Source: Oopsacas minuta
Lineage: Eukaryota; Animalia; Porifera
Assembly: GCA_024704765.1 (NCBI GenBank)
Contig: JAKMXF010000077.1
Span: 643,314 to 707,313 of the forward strand
Direction: 5' to 3'
DNA length: 64,000 nucleotides
Part shown: piece after piece, positions 53,601-64,000 of the stretch
How positions within the stretch are numbered: the first letter of the stretch is position 1
Layout: every line of letters begins with the position of its first letter
The notes under the pieces: generated by a model
The model's database searches: none
Told to the model about the DNA's origin: nothing
Seen by the model: only the letters and a program-made list of their open reading frames with translations
Made by a program: the position numbers and the translations under genes

Positions 53601-53983
53601 TCTAGGAATAAATGAGCTCGATTATCAGAAGTGTTGATTATCCAAATAATTGATTATTGGAACACTTTTGATGGGTCCTAAAGAGTTGGAATAATCTAGG
53701 TTGGTCTGTAACACGATATCAATGATATTAAGAAGGTCCACATAGCTTGCCGGTTTTGTCCAGAATAGGTTAAATGAATACAAGTTTTAGGCTTCTATTA
53801 GAAAATTTGATAAATGATAAAACTACATCTGATAATCTGGCAAATCGAACCTGTAACAGATTTGAAAGCGGGAATTTGGAAATATAATCTAGCAAGGAAT
53901 GTATTAATAGAATACTAAACGTCATGCAAAGTGAAGATAAATTTGAATTGATAAGAAAGAAAAACGGTTATAATTAACCAAAC

Positions 53984-54283
53984 CTGATTTTTGATGAAAC
54001 AAGGTCAGGGAAAGATCTGGAACTATTCCATATTGATTTCTACAAGAATATTTTGCAGTATCAGATGTTGAAAATTCGGTAAATAGAATATGAATAGAAA
54101 ATAAGGAGTGGTTTCGAGAAAATGTGAAATTTTTCAAAGGATATGATTCAAAAAAAAATTCAGTAAAATTCTCCACAGATCCGATCAAACAACTGAGTGT
54201 GAATTTTGAGGATGTGACAATCAAATAGTCATCATTGAAAAATGTTGCAGTAACATTCTGAGATTCATATAGAAGGAACAATC
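53984..54283 (-). CDS. Host exon: immunoglobulin-like domain (300 bp, phase 1/1)
   Basis: Acceptor (ta)n-ttttag, donor gtttgg. FTLSCLIGS...SIHILFTEFSTSDTAKYSCRNQYG carries the B- and F-strand Cys and the D-x-A-x-Y-x-C motif. Confidence 0.85.
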
Positions 54284-54899
54284 CTAAAATATATATATAT
54301 ATATATAATTACACAAAGTCTAAATGGAAAATCTACGAAGAAATTTACAACAATAACAGAAAATTGTGCTATTGCATTAATAGGCTAGTTATACTGTGGA
54401 GTATTCTGAAGTGAATACATAATGTGATTACAAAAAGAGCAAGATATCCAGAAATAAAAGTTATGAATGAAAATTGCTTAAATTGGATACGGCTACAGTA
54501 TAGATACAGCATAGTGGGCTATTATTGCGAATTACTAGTATCAGGGTTTTACGCGTTCAATTTTAGAGATAGGCTTATAAAATACATTATTACTGTATAG
54601 TAAGTCGACTATTGAGGTTCTTTTGTTGATTTCAATTTTGTTGTATCACATCAGATCTTAAATATATGACGTGATCTTAATTACCATATACAGTAATACA
54701 GAAATCTAGATATACACTAAACTGAGATTTATTAAAAGAACTAGAATATGAATATATTATGGCTATGGTAACTGAAGAATAACTAACATACGATATCTTA
54801 CTGATGAATTAATGTTAAATGCAAGAAGAATTCATCTATGGAATTTTGAAGGAGAAAATCTTCATTATCAATAATATTTGTAACGTTTTCACCTTGCCT

Positions 54900-57000
54900 G
54901 TTTTTTACACAATTCTTTTGATGGCCTACTTGACCACAGGTGAAACAAATGATGATCCTTCTGAATTTTCATTCAGAATTGGAAAACCATAGATGTTAGC
55001 CCCATTGCAACATCACTTAACCCACTTAGAAAATCTGATTTCCAGCTCAAATGTGTTGAAAACACTCGGATCAACTTATGTCCTTGTTCTAACCCTTCTT
55101 CAGAAAGACTACACACTCCTACCCTGTCATTTCTCTCAATAAACTGATGAGCATGAGCCAAGAAATTGTAGAGTGTATTGCTAATAGATACCCAGGGAAA
55201 AGTTTGTAAGATTAGATGTAGGTTTCTTGACTTAACACACGAAATCTGTCTTCATCGACAACTTCATTACAATTAGCAACTCTGAGTAATGCAGATAGAT
55301 TCCTGTGAATCTCTGTCAGAGCATCTTTATAAACACTTGGTACAAACGATAAAGCGAACCTAAAAACACGGTTTTTTATATGGAAAAAATGTTCTTGCCA
55401 TGTTACCAGTGCTTGTGTTCCCACTTCCTCCTAGTTGGTCGAATAATAAGTTCGTAAGCTCATGGATACGCTTGCATACTAAACCTCGAGAATCTCGTAC
55501 CATTTGATCTTCAGTGCAATTGGACTTTCCTGCTGCAATTCGGTAGATGAGGTTCAAAAACCCAACTAAAATCCTTAGGTAAGAATGTTAAGGTGCTGCA
55601 GGAAATACATCAATGCTACTTGCAGGTTCGTGTATAATCCTACACCGTTGCTTTGTATTGTAGCTCATCAGCTCTTTTCTACCAGATATTAACTGACGGA
55701 TTGTCTCTTTGATAAGGAAACGCGCAAACAACTTTCGTAATACTATTTATATCACTTCGGGTTGCTTTGCAGGCAATACACGGCGCTCCTCCTTTACCTG
55801 TCATTGTTGCTAAGGTTTTTCCGTCAAACATTGAAGCTATGACTTCTACTTTAACATGGCCATTTAGGCGATCAAAACAATTCTCATTTAGTGAAATAAT
55901 TTCAGGGTTTAGTGACTTGCTCAATTCTATCACAGTGTCAATAGTCTCCTTTTGGCAAATAAGTGCTACCGGTTGGTTGGAAAAACAGGAGTTAGGATGA
56001 GTTTTTTCCCATAGAACATTCCCGAATTGATCTATTACCTGAAGTGGTGAAACCATGAAGACAATATAATTTGATCGGTCTATATTCAAGTCTGACAATA
56101 ACCCAGGAGAGGAATGAGGTCCAGAACCATCCAGTCTATGCTTGATTTTGAGTGTTAATGGATAGAAGTGTGGTGCAGGAAAATTTAGCACACATTGTTT
56201 TAACAACCGGTCAAAGAGAAAAAATGCATGTGATGAGTAAGATATATAGACACCTATAGGATTGGAAACATTTGGATACCAGTCGAATGTTGGAACAATT
56301 GAGTTTCTAATTTCACTAATGTTTTCCCCAGTTGCCAAAACGAGGCCTTCTGATTGGAGATAATATTTAAGATCTCTCCATTTTCCTTTCCCTAGCTTAA
56401 GTTGATATGCTAAGAATGTTGATTTTTCTGGTGAAACTATGCTACTGAGGGCTGGTATCAATTCTTCGTTATAGATTTCCAAGCGATATTTGCGATGCCT
56501 TTAAAACCAATTTGTTCTACAGCTACAATATACAGGAGGAGAGCAACGTAGGGAATAACAGAAATATTTTCAAGTTATGCTAACTGACGGATGGAAGTAA
56601 GTATCCCAGTCTGATCAAGCCTTATCTTCTTTGAACAAACTTGAATGTCATCAATTGATTTTCTCCTCTCTATATTTGGAACCAATATAACACCGCTTTC
56701 TACATCACAGCCTGAAACAGAAAGGGATGATTGGGTACTCTTAGGTTTAACAAGTATCCATGGAATACTTGCACTCTACCACTCACCATCTAAGCTCTCA
56801 ATAGATTTCTTACTCTTTCTGAAATTAAATGATACTTTAGACATTAGAGAGTATACAAAATGTCTCTTGTCTTCTTCGAGATTTAGTATACGCACCACTT
56901 CATCTGCTGCTTGATTGATATCATAGTCGTAAACCTTCAATATGATAGCCAAGTCAAGACGTGTTTTCGGGCTTTCAGATACTATTGTTGCTTCAGCCAT
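54900..57000 (-). pseudogene. RAG1-core-like (Transib-type) transposase of about 700 aa, disrupted
   Basis: HRLDGSG (D 56129-31), LWEKTHPNSCFSNQP, SMFDGKT (D 55823-25), PCIAC, GNTSTGNMARTFF, LHNFLAH and SLSEEGLEQGHKLIR (E 55087-89). Confidence 0.9.
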
Positions 57001-57122
57001 CTTTAAATTGATAATTAGAGGTTTAATAGGTTATCAAATTAATGAACTTGTATGCTACCTCGTAATATGCAGTATATATAAGTAATTATTACGTTATATT
57101 GGTGTAATTACATTGCATTGTA

Positions 57123-57177
57123 CCATAGCAACGTAGATGTGAGAATGGAATTTGAAAATATTTAATATGTTGCGCAA
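57123..57177 (-). promoter_or_regulatory. Putative promoter motifs of element 2 (GCGCAA and X-box-like CGTTGCTATGG)
   Basis: Plus-strand CCATAGCAACG at 57123-57133 and TTGCGCAA near 57170; same order as in element 1. Confidence 0.4.
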
Positions 57178-60100
57178 TGAAGCGGCATTTGTACTTTGAA
57201 TATATTGTTTATATTACTTGACAAGAATACATATCAAAAATTCAGGGTGGAAACTAGTGGAAACAAATTTTGCTACCAACAGGATGGCTTATGGCCGAGA
57301 GAAATTTCTACAAAATTTTCACAGTATTGTATCCGTAATATCTGATTAATCTTTTCGCTCCTGAAGAAACTCAATGATAGATTCAAATTCAGCGCACTCA
57401 CTTTGCTTGGAAAGCATGTAAATGAACAATAGTATGCATCATAAATTCAAAAGATTACTGAAATAGCTTCTGTCATTTATTTAATGTATGTATAAACATA
57501 GAATACAACAATGAAGTCCTACATTTGATTGACCACAAAATAGAAATACTTAACTATTTCATCTGATACTTTACATATCGCTTGTTGAATATATCTAGAA
57601 TCTAATTCATAATTCAAAATGGTATAAATTGAAGGTAAGAATTTGGGCCTAATGAACCCTAGTAGCCCACTGTGGTACAGTATTACTTTAGGCGCTATGA
57701 AACAAAGAGGTACTAGAGAAAAACATAAATCAACTACAGTATATTGTGTTTGAATTTTGAGGAAAATCAAATAATCAGCAAATTTTGTGGAAGACTGCTA
57801 ACATGAGGCTCCTCAAGGAACTAAAAGAATAAACTGTCCACAAAGTCAATTTGAGATCAAAGAGAATTTAAAGGTGATCATACCGATAATAATTTAGAAA
57901 TACAGCAGATACCAGATTTGTATGACAGAAATATACGGAAAAGAGGCAACAAACCCTGAATAAAGTATTAAAGCAACTTATGTTAGGAAGGTAAAACAAC
58001 CTTCATTTATATCAAATTAGTATATGCAGTGTTGGAGACAAAATGGACAATCTACGCAAAATAAATAATTAAAACAACTAATTACACATTTGGATAAAAG
58101 AAAATCACATACTCAAAATAGGTTATTATGGACATGATCGACAATTATAAGAGGGAAAGAAACAGAGAGGCATTTAATCGGAAAGAAAATACAAAAATTC
58201 TGATTTGAGTAAAGACAAGGGAGAAAAAACTAAGAATGCAGAAAAGTAAAAGTGCGGTAGAAAAAAATGCATTTTGGATATGAATTTAAAACATGATATG
58301 TTAACTACCAATAATATTGCCAAAACTGTTTTCAAAACGTCGGGCTTTCTTACTCATATCTTTGCGTCAATGTGAAGAATTTGAATGTTTCTCATTACTT
58401 TTGGTATAAGATTGTTTAAAATATCAACTCTCGACTATACTTAAATATTTTGTTTCAGGATTGCCGAGGGCATCAGAATCATGGTAATTTTAATGGTCTC
58501 CACATTTCAGTTTTTTGATGATTTGATCCGAAGCTGTCTGTCGGCGCTAACATGCCTACTTCATTTGGGGAACAATTAGCAACAAGGTACACTCTTGTAA
58601 TAAACTTGTTAAGTTTACAAAGCTAGTTATTCCATTGAGAGCATCTATAAATAGGTCTACAATCATTAAACATTTATATAAATGTGTAGCTGAGCGTTCC
58701 GATTCAGTTTTTCATTTGGTAACCTAGATTCAGTGGATCTTGAATTAAGTGAAGAGATGACATGCATCTTATTGTGTGGGCATCTTCAGCTTCCGAGTTA
58801 GCTGAGTATGACTGATTAAAGATAGTGTCCATCCCGAACTCTTAAGCCACTAAGTGGAGGTCATAATGTGCATTACAATACATCTGAATCTCACTTGTGG
58901 GTAGATGACGCTAATTTTACGGTTCGCCTTTGTCTCATAATGTTTTTGGATCTTTGTAATTCGCTGAAACTTTCTATATTGATGAGTAGAACACTTTCTC
59001 AGTTGAATCTTAAGTACTTATGCTAATTTCATTGGCTGGATAATCGAAAAAGAGAAAATTGACACTAATGGTGTTAATGCCTTAGAAGCTAAATATGGTG
59101 AATATCGAGATCCAATCCAAAGTTAGCTAATGGCTCCTTACTAGATCCACAAAAGTATTCGTGATGTTGAAACTAAATACATCAGCCACAAGTAGGTAGA
59201 AATAGGTTCTAAGGTTGAAATTGTAACCAATATAAATTACGAATCTGGAGAGTTTCATCTCTTACCTGCTAAATGGGATAGTATTTGTACTACCGATTAT
59301 AATTGTATCTTGTCATGAGTAATTGGAAAAATCTTTTTGCTGATGGATACGATGAGATAAACAATATGTGTGTTTTAAAGTTCAAATAGTATCATTGACA
59401 AAAACTGAGTAGTAAATTAACTGTACTTTCTTTCGAGCTAGACCCGAGCGTAAAATTAAAATGGGATGTTTATTAAATAATAGTTCAGTGTGCAAAATAT
59501 TTAATCAACAATTTAAATATTGTGACAAAGGTGAAGGTTTTCATATGATAATTTAACTCATTTAAATTGTTTGAGGGAGGTAAAATCTGAAATTAAATCC
59601 AAAGATACATTTTCGAATATCGAAATGGAAGATGTAGCAACACTCAACAATATTTCGTGCAAGATCCTTTCATAGTTAATATGTATACTTCGAAAGAAAT
59701 TCCAAACAAATTCTGAAAGTTTGCTCAGCAAATAAAGTGCATAGGATTGGTTAGAATTTAGATAAATAATTTAAATTTGAGATGAAACTAAAACAAGTGA
59801 TTTTACATGTTTTGGTCGTATATTAATGAGCAAAATTATTCACGAATGTCATAATCAATTTGGATTATTATTTTTCATTATGTTTTGAAATACAAGCCAA
59901 TTTTAAAAACAAAATACTTGAATTAGAAGAGTCTGTTACAGGAAAATATATCATTGATAATGACATTCCTGGAGAGTTGACAAATTTCTCAGTAATCATC
60001 TAGATGACTTCATTTAGTTACGGAAGTAGTTTGTAGGTATAGACCTTATGTATTGCTAAGTGTCAATGATACATGTATTCGGGGGGATAAAAGAAATGCC

Positions 60101-61571
60101 AATAATCGGAGAATTTCTATTAATGATACAATATAGCAGCATTTCTCTATTTTCAGCGAGATTCCCTAAACAAATTTATCTATAGAATGTAGAGCAATCC
60201 AACCAAACTAAGAAATTTCAGTTTGAGGATCGTATGACGCCTCCAGTAAACAGGGTTGATAACAAATACTAATACATAGAAGAAAATACTTATTTATGCT
60301 GATAATATATCCAAATTATGGACATCTATGTAGCTAATCAGAATATGCTTGTATCTAGAGGAATTTTAGTCTTGATTGAGTTTCAAATTTTCAAACTTAA
60401 TCAAAACTGAATTTGCTCCTATGTATTTCAGCTCTGAAAGATTGTAATCACATTGATAAAATATGAACCCCGAGATTAGCATTAATACAAACATGCTTCA
60501 TTTGTTATCATGGAAGCTAATCCAATCTAATAAAGACAATCACCAATTGTCGATCGATATATTTCGTACAGGATGGATAGTCGGGAAAATTTATCGTATG
60601 GATATTTATTGATGAATTTGTATTCACGAATTACAAGAAATATCGAGAAATATCAAGAAATCTCGAGATATATCATTGAAAAATCGATAGGATAATGGAT
60701 TACTCAACAATATTGAATCTTTGATTAGCATACTGCCTGTGATTCGAAAATAATTAATTATATAATTTTAGTTAGAGAATTTTAGGTAGTGCGTCGTAGA
60801 AAGTTGTATCTATATTTAATTCCAAGATATCTAATCAGAGGCGTGGCCAGGACTGCTCAAAGGCTGCGGCATTGCCGCAAATGTAATACATTTCTATGTC
60901 AACTTTTAGTGGCAAACACAAATTAAGTGTGGCTTGAGCCGCATATGCCGCACACTGGCTACGTCTAGACATATAGACTGCTATATACAAAGCCTAGCAT
61001 CAGATGTGCCAACTTACAGTAGTATAAGGTGAATATTATATTAGTATACAAATGGTTTCATTTCGCACAAACAGTACTTTAAGGCTGAAGTACATGAATT
61101 ATTGATATGTAGAATATCATGCGTCGTAACAAAAAAGCAAAAAATTTCAAAATGCCCATTTCTTTGTTCAGTAAGAATTATTGGATGAAAATGGGCAAGT
61201 CGTTAATGAACGGTAAATATGCATCTTTGATCTCAAAATTAGAGAACGAAATGATGTGAGGATGCTTCTGTAAGACATATATTTCGTCATGATAAAGTTG
61301 GTAGGTTTTAAGTTACAGTAGTGATCATAGATGGTAAGAATTTGCCAATGTCCATTTATAAGTAGAAATTCCTCCATGATACAAAATCTGACAATTGCCG
61401 ATTTATAGTATATACCCGAATTCCGATACTCTTGGAATAAATTTTGTCATGATATTTACCAGGGTTAGTGATAGTCATCAATAAATCCATATAGGGTAAT
61501 ACTCAGGATTACGTCATTATCGTAGGAGAAATCTTATCAACCTGTATTCAAGGGTATGGGAAATGGGTATA

Positions 61572-62871
61572 CAGGGTGCGATTTAAGTTCTGTCCCCAAT
61601 TTAGAATACCCAAACATTAAAGCATAACCAATGTAGTAGTATATATAGGCTTATTTAAGTTACATTAATACTTTACTATAAGGATCTAACTTAAATACAC
61701 CATATATACAGATTCTGATAATTATTCCTGATGATGCAAGAGAGGTGTAGAATTAGTGAATTATTCAAAAGCGGGCGGACACATGCAGAAATAAAGATAT
61801 TGTAGAAGTATCCTCGATAAAGGTGAAAGTTTGGACATCGTACGATTAATAGGTCCAGGAGACCGAAGAAGTTGTAGGGAGGACAAGGGGTGGCCGCCCG
61901 CCTTCAATAAGGACTCCAAGGCTCAAGAAGGTTGTGATGGAGTAGATTCGTCGAAATCCCCATCGCTCGATGAGAAAAACGGCTCTAGAACTCAAAGTTT
62001 CTGAGTTTTAAGTCCGAATAGTTGCAATAACCGATTAAGGGATGCGATCATATAACAGAAAGAAAGTTCATTACCTTAGCGACCAGGTTAAAGAGAAGAG
62101 ATTACTAAGATGTAGAGGGGAACTGGTCGACACGCTAGTGTGGTCTGGAAATTCGCAGTTTTCAGATGAGATAATCTTCACAACCCACGAGGTTTCTAAT
62201 AGAAAATGACAGTATAATATCACCCACTGCATAAATGTAACGATAGAGAAATACTTAGATATGTCCTTCGGATGCAAATATCTCAGTTAGTGATGATTTT
62301 CCTGGAATATCCGCTATTGGGCGGACACACCTGGTTATTGTCACCAATGGTGTTAAAATCAATGCTTCTACATACAATTAGTTGATGTTTAGAACATGTT
62401 AGGAAGAATCTAGGGCAGTCAGTGTTCAACGGGATTTCCTTTGTCTTCCAACAAGAAGCCACTGCCCATACCACAAATGCCACTCAAAATTGGCTTCACA
62501 GCAATATGCGGGGTTTATCAGTAAAGAACAATGGCATGCCTATAGCCTAGAACTAACCCGCATGGATTATTCTGTAACGTCTATTCTCGAAACTAATGCA
62601 TGTGGTAAATCTCACAAATCTATTGAGTCTTTGAAGAGAATTTTGATAGCAGAATGGAGAAAATTTTCCAAGAGGTCCTACGTGCCGCGGAAGGGGCTTT
62701 TGCCAAAAAGAATAAAAGCTGTAATTAAACGATGGTGGGTTTATTGAAAAGCATTCCTAATTCGTATAGTAATATAAGTTATAATCTACATGAGAATTTT
62801 CAATGGTAGAGAATGATTATTTACAATGTAATGGCTTATAATATATGGAACAGAACATAAATCGAACACTG
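61572..62871 (+). mobile_element. maT (DD37D)-type element, full length, heavily decayed
   Basis: TIRs CAGGGTGCGATTTAAGTTCTG and CAGTGTTCGATTTATGTTCTG with TA flanks. FQQEATAHTT..WLHSN..FISKEQW..MDYSVTSILETNACGKSHKSIESLK parallels 17467-18408. Confidence 0.85.
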
Positions 62872-63645
62872 TATACTATAAATTGGCAATAATGAACAAA
62901 GGCATATCTAAATCATTTCCTACATAAACTTCTAAATCAAAGATGCGATATTTAACTGTCTAGATTACTTCAAAGATTGGGCCCCTTTCTCCAATAATGG
63001 TTAATAAGCAAAGAAATAGGCGCATTTTGAAATTGCCTTTGTTTTTTCAGTTTGGACATGTGATGTTTCTACATATCAATAATACATTTACTTGGGTATA
63101 AAAGGATATATTACATTAGTACCAATATAAGGAATGGTTTCATTTGTACAATATGGAACCATTCTATATACAAATATAATGTATACAGTACACCTCTATC
63201 TACTTAGTCCAAAATTCGAGGTTGATGGTAGGCCATATATAGAGAAGCCTAGGGTCCAGGCTAATCTCGAAACAGGAGATATGACATTCTAAGACTTGGA
63301 TAAATGACATTTTCATAAAGGAGATCTAGGTCAACTATTCCTAGATTTCTCATTAACATTTTCGAGGACTATTGTTCTCATACAAAATATCATTAGAAAT
63401 CAGCATAATAGTTGAACGAACAATAAGTGTGAAACGGAAACGGCTCCATTATAGAGGAAATTTACAACATAGATTTACTTAGTAGCTTTACAATGTATCT
63501 AAATCCAGTATGCTATTGTCCACTAAGGGTTTTCAGAATATGCAGAAAATTAAATCCCTCATGAAAACAATTCAATTAGTATAGCTTAACCGCTGGGTCC
63601 TGAACAGTATAATGAACAACAAAGAAAGCTAAGAATCATTGATAA

Positions 63646-64000
63646 CACTGCTCAACAAAAATTTTGTTGCATTTCTACCAACACTTGTTTTTACCTAATA
63701 TTGGGGCGCTGAATCCGAATCCGACCTTAGTTTTTTTCCGCAAGCTCTAGATTTTTTGCAAATCGAGATTTTTAATTTTTTTGCACAAAATTCATATTTT
63801 TTTGAAAAAGTGACATGATATGTCAAATGATGTTCTGCTTACAGTTGAATAACTAGCCTCAAAACAAAAATAGGTGCCAAAAAACTTTTATGTTGCCAAT
63901 AGAAATTGTATTTGTAGACAGATGGGCAACAAATGTTTTAAAAAATGTAAAAAACAACAGTTTTGCTGGTAATATGCATGTAAAAATTGATTTTTTTTTT
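63646..64000 (+). mobile_element. Terminus of a Chapaev-like element extending beyond the window
   Basis: TAA|CACTGCTCAACAAAAATTTT resembles the Chapaev end at 12437 (CATAGGTCAACAAAATT). Subterminal GCGCTGAATCCGAATCCG at 63706. Confidence 0.5.

Larger units (their letters stand above)
54510..57674 (-). mobile_element. Complete Transib/RAG1-like DNA transposon (element 2), 3165 bp
   Basis: Termini CACAGTGGGCTACT (57674, minus) and CATAGTGGGCTATT (54510), 12/14 match. Flanks ATACAG and GTACAG form an imperfect duplication. Confidence 0.88.

Noticed and set aside
53984-54283. V(D)J-style gene segment flanked by an RSS
   Set aside because: The Ig exon is a whole domain with normal splice sites. 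No heptamer abuts it and no ACAAAAACC nonamer at 12/23 spacing was seen.
31613-57674. RAG2-like (kelch/PHD) partner gene within or between the RAG1-like elements
   Set aside because: Non-coding space inside each element is at most about 700 bp per side, too short for a six-bladed kelch domain, and no kelch-like frame was seen.
58450-61400. Short open frames and possible decayed coding sequence
   Set aside because: No recognisable motifs or consistent splice pattern, so it could not be assigned.
82-62747. Most 60-120 aa ORFs in the supplied track as genes
   Set aside because: They are antisense or off-frame shadows of TE remnants, or chance ORFs in AT-rich DNA, often with non-ATG starts.

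Overview
AT-rich eukaryotic (animal-type) genomic DNA, mostly intronic and packed with decayed, often nested transposable elements. These include hAT of several types, mariner DD34D, maT DD37D, Tc1 DD37E, Chapaev, P-like, Helitron/PIF1, Gypsy, CR1-like LINE and MITEs. A host gene runs on the minus strand: a phase-1/1 Ig-domain exon (53984-54283), a phase-1/1 FN3 exon (50366-50659), a half-FN3 exon (16408-16603) and a candidate exon (15969-16065). This suggests an Ig/FN3 cell-surface receptor with very large introns. The most notable content is a set of RAG1-core-like (Transib-type) transposons lying between or just upstream of these exons. Element 1 (31613-35000) is complete, with perfect RSS-heptamer termini (CACAGTG), 12-bp TIRs and an exact 5-bp TSD. 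It interrupts a hAT transposase whose reading frame is restored when the element is removed. Element 2 (54510-57674) is a second, highly diverged complete element sitting 226 bp from the Ig exon. A third C-terminal remnant (26057-26637) and a solo terminus (13396) are also present. Both complete elements keep the D-D-E triad, the CxxC/HxxxxH zinc site and a region resembling the RAG1 nonamer-binding domain, but they are frameshifted and have no room for a RAG2-like gene. No rRNA, convincing tRNA, CRISPR or prokaryotic features were seen. The organism cannot be identified from the sequence alone. All family assignments come from motif recognition by eye, not database searches.
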